Of a stretch of DNA of 64,000 nt, positions 10,415 through 23,500 are shown piece after piece. A model generated the notes under the pieces. That model did no database searches, was not told the DNA's origin, and saw only the letters and a program-made list of their open reading frames with translations. The number at the start of each line of letters is the position of its first letter. Positions within the stretch are counted from its first letter, which is position 1. The position numbers were made by a program, and so were the translations under genes. Where the stretch lies: the NCBI GenBank assembly GCA_973895155.1, contig OZ316897.1, positions 7,306,470-7,370,469 of the forward strand. Direction: 5' to 3'. The DNA comes from Marsupella aquatica (lineage: Eukaryota > Plantae > Marchantiophyta).

Positions 10415-13400
10415 TGTCATGCCATCGGCCTAGTCCTTTGGCTGATCTACGTCTAAGACGGACACTTCCCTTGTTAGTATTTGGGTTCAGGCAAGGAGGG
10501 ACGTGCGGAGTGCATATAATTCTCCTAGACTAGCGCTAAGTGTGCATACATTTACTTACAAGCACGCCTAGGTATACTTTATGTTCCATCGCCGAAACGT
10601 ACCTTAGTCAACACGGGGTCGATCCCGGCTTACGGAGCCTTTGTGTTACCGCCTTTGATCCGGATCCATTAGTACAAGTGCTCAACCCCGACTCGCAATC
10701 CCGTACCCGTAACCTGCACCCCGTGCATGCTTGGCATAACGTGTTCGGCCTGGCATTGATACTTGCATACGAGACTCATACATGCATTCATACATAAACA
10801 TAAATCTTGATTTAGACGAAGGAATTGAGGGGAAAGAATTTCATTCATATATGATCATACACTTACGATTGGGTGACCCAACACCTCGTGAATGAACGGG
10901 CCCAAGGCCAAGGGGTATACACTACAACGGAGCCCGGCTCCGCACTTGCTCAGCGAGCTTAGTCATATACCCTCCCCTTGGCACTCCGGCACTTCATCGA
11001 GTTTGGGACTCCCCGCGCGTACCGCGAATGGCCAACTTCTGAGTCTAAAATCCCCCCCGGTGCCTCTACCGGGGGGCTGCTAAATACTAAGGGCTGAGGA
11101 CCAGCCTGGCCTCGTGCCCAAATCTACGCTAATATATCCTTGCTAAGCTGGTTACGGCTTGTTCTATTAGTCTAACCTATTCTACACAGGCTGGCTAGTG
11201 TGTTAGCACCGCTATCTTCTGGCAAGCACTTGTCCTAACAGCCTGTTGTAGCTACTCCTAGTTCTATTCTAATCCTAACTCTCCGCTAATGCCTGGTGCG
11301 CTTGCCAGAGCCGTTCGAGTGGGAGCGGCCATCCCGCTGCCTACGGAGTCTATCGTTGTCCATCTTGAGGAGTTGGACTTGGTCTAGCAGAGATTTGTTC
11401 TCTCGCTTCGCCGCATCCATCTCCTCAACTGCCTCCTGGCATGCCTCTTCTAGTTGCTGGGCGTTGCTCGTCAACTTGTCCACCATCTGGGTCTGCTTCT
11501 CGGCTTCGGTTTGAAGGCCGCGCTACTTCAGCCTATAGGGCGGCAATCTCCGTAGTGTCACACTGGGCCCGTTCTTTGGCCTCCTCCAGGTCTTTCTGCC
11601 AGATGACAATTTGATTCTTCAAACTGTCAACCTGGGTCCGGAGCCGTGCAATCTTGGCCTCCTTCCCAGCTTTGGCCTGTTCGGCTAAGGCGGTAAGGGC
11701 GTGCGTATTTGTTAACAACTCATCGGCGGCTGCAACCTTGGGTCGTAGTTGCAGAATTGAAGCTTAGCCTTCTGAGTCTCAATTTTTCCCTTTAGGTACA
11801 CAGACTCAACCCGGTACTGTTCTATCCTCTGAAGGGCCTCCAACTGGGCCCGACCTACCTTTACTGCGGTAACCAACTCCTGGTTGAAGAAGTAGGCTAC
11901 CTTCCGGGCCATGAACTCCCCGGTATCCTGGGAAATCTGTTGGGAGAAATCTCCCAAAAGCCCGTTCAGAAATGTACCCGATACGAAGAGTTCTGGGTGG
12001 TCCAGGTTGTGCCCGTCCAAAGTTGGACAAGGGCAGATGTCAACCCTCGCGGGAGCCGGGGTAGTGACATCCAACCCTGGAGATGTAGTGTTGGAAGGGG
12101 CTGGAGTGTTCTCCTCCATCATCGTGCTATCCTCTAGAATAGCCACCGGTGGGTCTTCTGGACCCTCAGGCTGTGGCAAGGCCTCCACCGCCCTGACTTT
12201 TGCACTCAGCCCGGCCTGGTTGATTGCATCTAAGGTTGCAATCACTGCCTCATCCGGTACCTCCTCGGCCACGGCTACGGCTACTTGTGGAGGTGGGGTA
12301 GGTGAGGCCTGCGTGGCCGCCAGACTTTGGGCCTCGGGTTGAGGCCGTCTCTCCAAGGCCGGGAAGACCCACCTAGTCGGAACCAACTTAGTTACGTTGG
12401 CCCGGGGAAGGGTTCATCGATCGAACCGAGCATACCACTTGAGAATGATCTTGATGTGGCTCGCAAAATACCCCTTCCCGCCGATGTACAGCGCCTTCCT
12501 TTGTTGTTTCATCTCTTCATGGAACTTCTTAGCAAAGTATGATGCCCATTTCTTAGGCCAATAGTTCTCGACCTGGATAACTTGGGCAGCGGAGATCTTG
12601 CCCCGGGTTCCATCATGTGCAGGGCGTACCTCTGGAACTCCAGCCGCTCGGCTATCTCCGGGATGAGGCAGGTCCTCATCACAAACCCGTTGTCCACTGA
12701 CCCCTTGGAGGGAAAACTCGAGGATTGGTACTTGGCTCTTTTGCCCTCGGGAGCCCGTGATTCGACTTGTTGATCTCCCTCAGGTAGCCCGAAGATCATC
12801 TTGAGCCGCTCCTCTATGAGGGACATATTTCTCCCCCGTAGCCAAGTCTCCTGACGGACGTCATCATAATTCTTGATGAACTCCGTCATGCCCTCCCCGT
12901 AGTACCTACAGGTGTTCCAGGGGAGAGAGGCGAGGTGCTCAAACCCCTGAGTCTTCAAGCACACTGCATGTTTGGGGTGGAGGATGTTCTTATGCACGTT
13001 TTCCCCCATGCGGTGCATTGTTACCTTGGCCGCGGCTACCATGGCCATGATTAACTCGGATACAACTGCGGGTTCTTTCCTCTTCTTTCCCCGAGACCGG
13101 CTCCCGTGATGGCTCTGAGAGGGTGACATTTCCCCATCCTCTCGATCGGGTATGGGTAGTGCCATCGCTGTTAGTATTGGGGCCGGGGCGGCTACGGTCA
13201 CCGTGTTGTCCATCGAAGCCGCTACTCGGGTACGGGCCTGGGGAGGGGCAATGTAGTGCCGGCTCCCTGGGTGCGCGCTCCTCTGGGCTGCCTAGGCAGG
13301 GGTGGGGTAACCTCATCGTCGTCGCTGAGGTCCATAGCGTTGACGATGGATCGCACTTATATGGGCGGGGCGACCGGCGGTGGGGACCGGCTAGGCTAAG

Positions 13401-14400
13401 GCAGAGCCTGAGCCTGAGCCTGTGTTGGTGCAGGTACGGGCACGGGCACGGGCTCGGCTGGGCCGGCACCAGTGGTTGATGGTCTGGTTCCCATGAAGTT
13501 TTGCAGGTGCTGGTAGAGGTTTTTCGAAGCAAGTGTAGGCGGTCTTGTCGACAGGGTAGTGTTGAACTCGCTATTGATGATATCCTAGACCTGAGCGGGG
13601 ATGTGGTCAAAGTGGTGCCGCTGTAAGTCGATCGTGCCCAGGATAGTGAAGACTGCGTCCAAAAGCCAAAGCAATGCCTCCCAAAAGCCGATGTATTTGC
13701 CCCCATCGAAGAAGTACCCTGATATTTCTTCGGGTTGGTAAAGCTTGCTTTGGGACGGGTAATCAAAGTTAAGGAGGTAGTGGTGGCAGCGTGCTAGGCG
13801 GATGGCTCTCTGGTACTCACGTTTGATTTTGTATCGACGCGGGTTAGCGTATTTTAATGAGTTGGCCAAGTGTCCCCCAATAGACAGGAATTGCATCCAG
13901 AATCATATGGCAAAACTGGAAAGGATCGTGTGCGACATTCAGAGGCGATAGAAGGCGACTAAGGATGGGCGAGAGAACTTGGATCAAAGCTTGCGCATGT
14001 ACTGAAGAACTGGTGCACTACAAAGGATCGGCCCCCTTTTATACCCTGAGAGCTTGTTCGTCGCCCAACGCCTCCTCGTCGCTTATAGGCCAAGCCTTTC
14101 ATGCTTGCAGTGTGCCGGCCACTCCGCCAGTCCGGGTCAGCGCGTGTCAGTAGCCGCATTCCAGAGTTCGTTATACGGACCCAAGGGGGGTCCATTGCAC
14201 GCTCGCAACCCGGGCGTGCGAATGGCGACTCGCCGCCAGCCCGAACACAAATGCCCCTTATTGACTAATGATTTCCTACTCATAATGGCTACCTAAATAC
14301 TATTGTTACGCCAATAATGATGGCCTAAGATACCCCTAACGCGCGTGCTAGGCATGGTTAGGCCGAATCACTCATTACCCGCCATACCGGCGGCGTCACA
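10415..14400. mobile_element. About 4-kb solo-LTR-like insertion containing protein-coding ORFs
   Basis: TGTCATGCC..GGCGTCACA termini; 5-bp TSD CATGG (10410-10414, 14401-14405) splitting the copia gag. No internal direct repeats, no gag/pol. Confidence 0.82.
11286..13896 (-). pseudogene. Disrupted accessory ORF set inside the solo-LTR-like element (Pro-rich ORF; Athila-ORF1/Transposase_32-like domain; coiled-coil tail)
   Basis: TATA-like TATAAAAGGG near 14040 on the minus strand. Motif EFIKNYD..T.LRGRNMSLIEERLKMIFGLPEG has a protein-level homolog at 37000-37370. Confidence 0.6.
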
Positions 14401-15082
14401 CATGGGAAGTGGGTTAAACCTTTTATTTTCATGAAATGGCTCCCTTGCCTTGCCTCTTTCTACCAACAGTGCTGTTGATGATGAGGTTGAGGTAGGATGA
14501 GCTGAAGAAACCAGCTTAGACTACATGTCATCGGTCAACAGGGCACTCACCACATCATTGTAGGATATAGTTATTTTATCACGGAATAGAAGAACTCAAG
14601 ACAAAGACTGGTACGAAGGTGGTAGTGAGCTCAAGAGTTGTAAGGCTTTCTTTTCTTCGCTCAAATGCTCCCCCAAATTCTCAAGGTCAACCACAAGATC
14701 ATTAAACTGATCGATATGATCTTGAATCTTGACTCCATCAGCCATTTTGAATTGCATGAGCTTCAGGCTTGCATACATTCAATTTGACATCTCTTTCTTG
14801 TAGCAATTGTTGCGTAATGCTCGAAACAAGTCTATCACCGTTTGTGTTGATTTTTCCTCAAGCTGCTTCTTCACATTGTTTTTCAGGTACATGCCAACAA
14901 TGCTTACCGCTTGATCCCGAAGATCATGCCAATCATCATCTTCCATCTCCTTGGGTTGAGATCTTAGTACCTTGCCTAGGCCCATCGCCCTAAGTGCTGT
15001 TACATTCCCACATTGTATAGTCCATTCAACCATTAAATTTTTCCACCTCAAACCTTTGACCTCCAATCCTAGTAGTCGTCAT
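14401..15082 (-). pseudogene. Copia gag N-terminus (host element)
   Basis: FEVEKFNG start; LMQFKMADGVKIQDHIDQFNDLVVDL..KALQLLSSLPPSY (UBN2-type gag). Confidence 0.88.
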
Positions 15083-15324
15083 TGCTGGAATGCCAAATAT
15101 AGTGTGGATTCGCCTTCCGCAAGAAATAAACATCAAACGCTCAGATGTGGGATGTGAAAATAAGGCCAAAAATGAAAGTTGTGTTGTAACTCATACCTGA
15201 GTTAAGTCTACCTTTGGGATAACTACCTATGTAACTACCCTAACTACTTAGGCCGTAGCCACATGTACATATCCTACCAAGAGTAAAGATGGAACCAACT
15301 CTTTGTCTCATTAATCCCACAACA

Positions 15325-15339
15325 CGTTATCAGCACGAG
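15325..15339 (+). promoter_or_regulatory. Primer-binding site complementary to the anticodon arm of tRNA-Ile(IAU) (half-tRNA priming)
   Basis: CGTTATCAGCACGA is the complement of TCGTGCT(I)ATAACG; the same PBS occurs at 2156-2170 and 7341-7355. Confidence 0.8.
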
Positions 15340-15904
15340 CCTGAGACTGGCTGAACTTTTTTAGGCCATGACTGATTCACTCTAAGACGAAGAAAGAAGG
15401 GAAAGACGTGATTCGAATGTGCCAAAGTTTTTTTTGCGAGAGCTGCTTGAAGCGCTGCACGAGCAACTTTTCTTTGGGAGAAAGGCCAAGGAAGAATTGA
15501 TCCCGGCTATGGTGAATTGAATATCAAGGCGCCATCTTATTCTTAAACTACATCTTTGATTGATAAGATTTCTAGCGAGCACCAGCTCACTGACGGCTGG
15601 TCGTGAGCGCACAACAGATTGGAGTACGACAACCTACTCTGTTTCCTGTGTTTGCTTCCAGTTCTACTCGAGTCTGCCGCTGGAGGCATTCAAAATGGAC
15701 GAAGCAGTAACAGGATGTTGTGATTTCTTTCCCGACACTACGCTTTCCCAACACTATGCTGACAGAAAAGCAGCATTCCCCTCCAGGGTGAAAAGGATAA
15801 GAAGAGCAAGACGACAGCAATAGAGAGAAGACGATCAAAAAGCAGAAAGAAGAATTCAATTAGGACATCGCGACCTCATAGGGACAGGCCTCGCTCGATA
15901 GCCA

Positions 15905-16021
15905 ATGATAGCCGCACGGGATGCAGCTATCTTGGAGCGAAATTCGGCTATCACGGAGAGAATAGCTGCATATGAGGAGAGAGACACTGCCCTTCTGCTA
16001 CGTGACGTAGCTTACGCTTAA
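15905..16021 (+). pseudogene. BPC: Captured fragment of a class II BBR/BPC (GAGA-binding) alanine-zipper coiled coil
   Basis: MIAARDAAILERNSAITERIAAYEERDTALLLRDVAYA matches the ERDAAI.ERN.AI.E..AA..ERD.A.LQRD pattern of BPC4/6. Confidence 0.75.
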
Positions 16022-16120
16022 GAATGGTTCAAATTATAGATACTTGAGCAGTAATGGCCCAAATCGTACTAGTTGTGATTTTGAAGCTGTATGCTAGAGA
16101 AAGATTGACATGTAATTTAC

Positions 16121-16690
16121 CTCAAGACCAAGCTGCGTGATTAGAGCCTGGACATGGTCAGCTTTCTCGGAGTGCGAAAGCTTCGTGGGGAGGCGCACCT
16201 CAGCAGCGAACATGAAGGTCTCAGTAACTGTTAGAAAGGGGAAGAGAAGGTCTTCCTGCATCACGTACGCGCTGTTGAGCTTGATATAGCTGCCGGTCAT
16301 TTGCTGCCCATCCAGCCGCACTGTCTCGCCCAGACTCCGTTGCTCAATGCGGCCGGCCAGAGCGTCCAGGAAGGTGGACTTGCCAGCACCGCTCGGTCCC
16401 ATGATTCCCGTCAATTGGCCTCTGATAGCCTTTCCCAAAATCCCTTGCAGAAGGTCGACGGGATAGGACTCCCATTTTCCGTCGATCTTCTCCTGCTTGA
16501 CGACAGTGTACGTGAGATCTTCGAACTCGAGGCCCAATTCAGCGGTAAATCTCGTCGGCTCTGCACCTTGAATGGCATCAGCATTTGGTACTCCAAAATT
16601 GAGTTCTTTGTAGCCGCTACGGGACGGCACCTTGTTGATGTCCTCCAGGACAGTTTTCAGCGTCTTCCTGCCATCCTGCCGATGATTCAT
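16121..16690 (-). pseudogene. STR: Captured exon 1 of a half-size ABCG transporter, STR (stunted arbuscule) clade, antisense to the element
   Basis: LEFEDLTYTVVKQEKIDGKW..LL..I.GKAIRG..GIMGPSGAGKSTFLDALAGRI..SY.K..SAYVMQEDLLFPFLTVTETFMFAAEVRLP..QLGLE. There are 190 open codons, then a GT donor at 16120; the rest of the gene is absent. Confidence 0.8.
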
Positions 16691-19600
16691 ATTTCAAAGT
16701 GCTCAATCGGATCCGAAGCAAAACAAAAAAAAAATGCTGCCAAGATGCTTCGATCCTGAAGACCTTCCAAAAATGCCTTACGGTGTCATTCCACAAATTG
16801 TCGAGTCTGAGATCAAATAGTTTGTGGCAACAACATCAGAGACTTAAATTAACAGGCGCAAAATGTTTTGGTTTCGGGGGCCAAGTGAGGCACACTGAGC
16901 GTTTGCCGAGATGATACGTGGTTATACTGACGCGTCTGCACGAGTTCCACATTTGAAGTATATAATACGGTTGTATTTTGTAAGTTCACGGAGATCCGCG
17001 TTTTGGAACGAGTCATCAGACCTCCTATTTCCAGTCCGTGAAGGCGACCTCATACGGAAGATTGATTCATAAGGAACACCCATACGCCTAATTACCAATT
17101 GAAAAAGATAGGAGGAGAGAAGACGCTACAGAAATCGAACGCAGATCGTGAGCAAGGCAGGCAGCATCACGAACATATAAAGATAGACAGTCCATGATCG
17201 AACGCGAAGGGAGAAACTGAAAACTTTGAAGGAAAGAATGCGAGACATAGGAGAGAAACAATAAGCACCGAAACCAAGGAGGATAAATCCAAGAACATTG
17301 AAGGAAGCACAAACCCGAAAAAGCAAAGAGAGAACCCTGAAGAACGATGAGGCGAGACCGAAACTGATCGAGCCAAAGAGAGAACGTGAGGAACGCCAGG
17401 AGAGAGAAGGACGTCCAATGCAGACGGAGATCGTGGTACAAGCTAAAGACGAGACGCTGGGCAAAGGAGGCAAACAAAGAGAAGCCATCAAACCAAAGGA
17501 AAGTCCTCCACCTTTTCTTCTAAGAAGACCATTTTACACTAAGGAATGGAGAACTAAAGAACAAAGAGACTTTCTCTTCAAAAGGAAAGAAAAACCAAAC
17601 AACAAAGCATGAAGTAAGGACATAAAGAAAGAAGCTAAAGTACAGAACCTACATGGCGACAAATGATGATTACTTCCACCAATTAATTTCATAAATTCAG
17701 GGGGAGATATTTTCCCAGGGGTGCCTACTACACATAAAAGCCCTGTGCCTACTGCACATGGAAGCAAATGGGTGACTACTACACAGCCAGCCAGAAAGGA
17801 AAAATATTTGACAAATTGAGGGGGAGACCTCAAGCAAGACTTGCAAGATGTGCCTACTGCACAAGTGCTTTTCACAACAATCAATATTCAAAAATGGAAC
17901 TACATTCCATGAGTTAGAAGCATATGGCCAAATTATGAAAAATGCATTAAATCACCAATATTGGATGACATGTCATGACGACTAAAATTGGAAATATCAA
18001 AGACCCCACATCATATCATAATAAGGTATCATATGATCATATGAAGTATGGTATCACATTACAAGGTACTATCAGGTGAGGTATGACTTGGTAAGGCACC
18101 ATGACAGATGGTACGCTATACCTTGATAGGAAATCCCTATGATATATGAGACCTAGGATTGGACACTCCAAACGATTCCAAGGCCAACGGATTTCAATCA
18201 ACCATATCATCTTCATTATGAACTAATACCTTGTTTTTTCCTTGCATGTAATCAATGACCATTGAGGAATCTTCATTGCCTGATCGGGAAGAGACGCAAG
18301 ACACAAAACAGCATCAACTTTGCTAACACCAACCAAGGAGGATCTTCAACAAGCCTATAGTGTTGACAAACACCTTAAGAGACTTTGTAAAAATTACACA
18401 TACACTATATGCTTAAACCCAATTATGTTACACCCATTGGGATGGTAATACTCTTTCCTCCCACAAAGAAAGTAGGGGAGGTTTTAATGAGGTTACATCC
18501 CCCACTTACACTTTACCATGCAACATGAATTATAAGACATCTATTAGGAGAAGTTTGACATTCATTTATAGTAGACTTGAGATGGCTACACCATTTATAA
18601 AATAGTCTAGACATAAACAAAACCTATTGTATACCACTGAGTATGCCCAAAGTAGACTCTTGATTGTAACATTTAAACCCCAATGTTACAAAGGGGGAGT
18701 GTTGTAACTCATACCTGAGTTAAGTCTACCTTTGGGATAACTACCTATGTAACTACCCTAACTACTTAGGCCGTAGCCACATGTACATATCCTACCAAGA
18801 GTAAAGATGGAACCAACTCTTTGTCTCATTAATCCCACAACAAGTTGGTGAATTTTGAAATTGATCACTCTTGTGTGTAGCACACAAGGTAACGCTCCAA
18901 ATTCTGAAAATGGTTTGTCAAATGGACTCTCAAGTGCCGAGAATTTTTACTCCGGTCGGAGGGGGGTAAAAGATGAAATAATTACCCCTCTAGGGAATCT
19001 ATTATGCCAAAGATTCTACTAGGATACTTTTTCAAAATTGAACGCACCAATACTTGCCTACCAACTCTCAAAACGGTGAAAAATCAAGGGAGAAACAAAT
19101 AGGTGAAAGTGACTTATATTAACTTATCCGCCATGTCGCGCCATAACCCGGGCCTTAAATCTGAGTTAGTTCATCGGCGCACGTACAACCACCAGTAAGG
19201 GTAAGGTTTTGGGCAAGGAGGTGTGTAGTGGCCCTAGCTAGTCCAAGTAGGACTATGTAGATATACGCACCGGTATAATATTACACGATCATTACTGATA
19301 TCATAGGTATGTTTGTTTTCCACCGTTGGAAGGCTCCCATAGCTAGTGACTCGAACTAACTCCCGGCTTGGGGACTTTCAAGCCATTGGCGTGACTTAGA
19401 ACTTTGCGACATGCTCTTTTTCGACAATCCCACCAGTAGTCCGCACCCTGTACGTCCCTTAAAATGGTGTCTTTGTCCAGGCACGGCATGCATACAACAC
19501 CACTTACTTGCAAGAGATCAGAGGAAAAAGACCGTTTTACTCAGATAAGAAGAACCAGTCTACATAGTTGACTCGACTTCTAAGGGATCAGCAGGCCTAA

Positions 19601-20540
19601 CGGCAGTCGATGCCCAGTCTCTACGAGGCCCTGCCCCGCACTTGCCCAACAAGCTCGACTCTGACTCTCACTCCTCACTACTCTGTGATCTTACTCAGAC
19701 CGGGACTCCCTACACTAGTAGAAACCGGGGGGTATTTAGACCCCATTAAACGACTATTCAGTACCGTATAGGACTTGGAAACGACTGGGAAGGACTCCAG
19801 TCCTTTATAGGACTGCGAGTCGTATGTTTTGTTACTATAATCAACTGAGTCCTTTATAGAACTGGTTTATAAGTCGTTTAATAGACTGGATTTTCAGTCT
19901 ATTTTAGTCTTTGTGTGGGTAGCTTTGGTGAGTCGTTTTCAGTCTTTTATGGGCTGAGATGGTGAGTCGTTGGGAACGACTAAAAAGGTTATGGAGGGTA
20001 GTCTTTAAATATACTTTGTGGGGTATGTATAAGTCTTTCATGTCAACTGGATATGAGTGATGAAGACCCCACTATACTACTTGGAATGAACCCACTCTTG
20101 TGCACAAATAACATATTGCATTCATGTTTTATTGTGTACTTGGAATGAACTCACTCTATAAGTTCACCATTCATCATGTTAACATTAGAATACATAGTTT
20201 CAGAAAGCCATCTTCTATACCATGTACACTAATATGAATTCACAGATTCAAACTTCATAGACTACAAAGAAGGTCACAAAGTATTCCTCTATACCATACA
20301 CACTAATACTGAAATGATACAAAACAGATTCAAGTATCATAGACAATCACCATAGAGCCATAGTTTGACATCAATCACTTGTTTCATACATACAGAATTC
20401 AGAAATATCAATGTCACACACAACGGCTCCTTCATCCTCTTTACCAAATGGAAAAATTGGTACAGATATTTCTTGGATCTTTCCAAGGCAATGTCAAAAT
20501 GTGACACAATTCACATGATTCTATCTACACTTGCATTCAG

Positions 20541-23500
20541 TCACTGCAGACTAACACACTCTGATGGCCAAAGCACAAGAGATCCTACTACATCTGCAAT
20601 TATTTCCTGAGGTGGATCATCGTCTCTATTAGGAAATGGCAAATTACAATCAGATACAATCACTGTAGTCAACAACACTACTACATGGTCATCCGGGACC
20701 ACTTTGCCATGGAATTTTGCATGATCCGGTCGCAAAATGCCTGTACCCACACATACCTGCGAGTCATCCTCCCATGATAGAAGATTATGGACTGGCTCTG
20801 CTGTGGCTATCACCTCCACCTTACCCTGGCTGTTTTTCTTGGCTTTCCTGGGTGGCTTATACATGACATTATTCATACCTTGGTTGCGAGTCATGACTTT
20901 GGCATGAGTGTTTTGTGCTGGTGATCGAGAATTGGCTACACTCTTCTTCAAAGAATCTGCATCCATATTTGACACTTCTGATTGTGTAGCAGGATTTCCC
21001 TGCAACATCATCTCAGTATCTGCCAACATTGTACTTGCTTCAATTGAAGCATCTACAATCTTACTTGCATCCAATGTTGCTCCCAAGTTTCGACGTCGCT
21101 TCACCCTGCTCCCACTTGGTTGAGAGTCTGTCAACTCTGCATCAACTACAATTCAGTGTCATGTCCAACATAAGTCAATCACTCATCACATGTGCTAAAT
21201 GTACATGTCACCAACCACAAAGTTGTCACTATCTCCTTACCATTATGAACAGCCTTCTTCCCCTTCTTTGCCATTGCCATATGCTCCATGTCTGCTTCTG
21301 TTGATCAATAAACACACCACAATATTCAAGTTGAATCTATTAACCACTGAATTGTTTCTCAACATTCATATAGAGGAATTTAAAGCATCAGCTTACCTGA
21401 TACCTCCTTGGCTATGGTCACTGAGGCACTGGGCACATCTTCTTCATTATTGCTCTTTGAATCACTTGATACATCAATCATGATGTCACTTCAGATCCCA
21501 GTTCATCCAACCAGTTCTTACAGAAAAGATTACCTCCAACCGGCTTAAGCTTCACAAAACTCCATGCACTTTTCAAATGTAATGTACTGGATCATAGCAG
21601 GTTACCTGTCTCAGCAACCTTCTTGCCCTTCTGCTTACTGATTACAGGGTCCTTCTCTGCCTCCACTCTTCCTGCATTCAAACCATTCACTCAATTCATG
21701 AAAACTTACTTCTAACATTTGAACATAGGACACAATGAACAATGGGCCGGTGTCATTTCCATACCTGTGTCAGATTTGCCAATTCCCTTTTTTGTTAACA
21801 AGGGCACACTTTGTACAATGTTGCCCTCATTGTTTGGTTGGGAACCACCCAATTTTTCAATCACAAGCTTGAAATTAGATTCCACTGATGCAAGAAGGTT
21901 CGCTACAGATGCCTCCACAATATCCAAACGATCAGCCAATTTACTTTCCACTCGAGGGAGTCCACACTCTAATGACTTCAACCGTTCACACATCTCTGTG
22001 AGAGTTGTAACAGTTCCCTGTCATAACACAGCTTACATATCTCAGATAACTGTCCCCAAGAACTGGTTGCTTACTTCCTACTACATTTCTTTCTGATGCT
22101 CAAGGCCAAATAGTCACAGAACATACAGAATTACAACATAATCACCTGTTTGGAAGTTACACTTGTCACCTCACTCCTTTGTTTCATGAACTCCTCTCTC
22201 ACTTCTTGTGCTGATGGTTCTTCACCTGTCAATTTCTTCTGCAGTCCACATCAACATACATATGAATGAAACCAAGTGTTGATTGTCAATGAAAATGTAA
22301 TAATGGTAGCAAGATGATAAGTTTGAGGCTTACTATCAGGCATGTCACTGCCTTACCAATTGTTCTTTCACTGGAGCATAACTTCCTCTCCCAGCCTGTG
22401 AAAGGTGTTTCACTTTGCCTCGAGCATTTGACATCAGTTCACTCTTGCTTTGTCCAGGCTCCGACATGAACCCTTTGATTAACCGTGTCCATTGATCCAG
22501 TTCCAATGATGGGGGTGGTGGCATTCTCCTGTTAGAACCATTGTCTATCCACATCCTTTTCAACCTATGCCTCTCTTGTTTCAAAATCCTCATTGCATAA
22601 TCTGATATGCAATCTTCAACTGGGCCCTTACCATCATTACCAACATACTCCCACCGTTCAAGAATGTCCTTGCAGATAGCAGCCCAATCAGCTTTGTTCT
22701 GACTCCTAAACTCTGTAATGCTCAAATCTAACCAACGCAATACTTCTCCTCTTAGGTCAGAATGCCAACGGTTCTTACCATCACATGTGGGAGTTATCCA
22801 ACCTTCAGAATTCACTTCTACTCTACCAAATTTGTTACTGTCTCCTACCTTGGTACTCCCTGAAGCGCTACTAGGTGTCCCTCCACGGCCTGGTGTCCCC
22901 CCACGGCCTGGGGTCCCACCACGGCCTGATCTCCCCCCACGGCCTGGATTGCATTGTCCAAACCTCTCTGGAGTCCCTGCACATTTACAAGATCCATTTA
23001 CAGTCACTTACATTAGGTAAGTATGAATCATAAATCCTGCTGCCAAATATACATTGGACTTCAGAGCAATTTTGCAATGACCAAGTTACCTCTCCCTTGG
23101 CGCATAGATGGTTCTGGACCACCTGTCCTATTGCTTTGTCTTGATGAATTAGGGCCGTTTCTCCCGCCTGTGAATGATTGCCTCCTATCTGAACGTGGAT
23201 GGCCTTTGTTGTTTTCGTGATTGTCCCAGTCAGAGTCTGCATACCAACAGGTACATGCCACACTCATGGACCTGTAAGATAAACTCTTTGCCCTAGCTAC
23301 ACATCAGATAAGTCCATATTGAGCTAAATCTCTACTACCATCACAAAATCACTAGCACAAGGCACTTACTTGTCCAATCATCCTCCTCACCTTTCTATTG
23401 CCCTCTGTACCCGTCTCTACCACGCTCTGGGTGTTCATATTCATCCCATCCATCTTCTGCTCCATCATAGTCATCATCATAATTATCAGGCGTCCCTTGC

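Larger units (their letters stand above)
15182..18842 (+). mobile_element. Complete young non-autonomous short-LTR retroelement with captured host gene fragments
   Basis: Identical 143-bp LTRs (15182-15324, 18700-18842), TSD AGTTG (15177-15181, 18843-18847), PBS 15325-15339, PPT AAAGGGGGAG. No gag/pol. Confidence 0.95.
2671..19133 (-). mobile_element. Decayed Ty1/copia retrotransposon hosting several nested insertions; 5' LTR not found
   Basis: Colinear gag (15082-14401, 10414-10190), PR (WILDSACSYHM), INT, RT (LYVDDM) and RNase H (KHINVRYHFIR-like, NPVDAFTK). PPT at 2981-2990 and 3' LTR are present. The coding sequence rejoins across the TSDs at 3585/7466 and 10410/14401. Confidence 0.85.

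Noticed and set aside
16094-16690. Functional resident ABCG/STR gene
   Set aside because: Only exon 1 is present, enclosed by identical LTRs and a TSD; no downstream exons in the window.
16700-17090. AW-box or CTTC mycorrhizal promoter motifs upstream of the STR fragment
   Set aside because: No convincing match found by eye.
17088-17612. Hydrophobic or charged ORFs in the GA-rich backbone
   Set aside because: Explained by strand compositional bias; frames are not conserved with the homologous backbone at 6400-6800.
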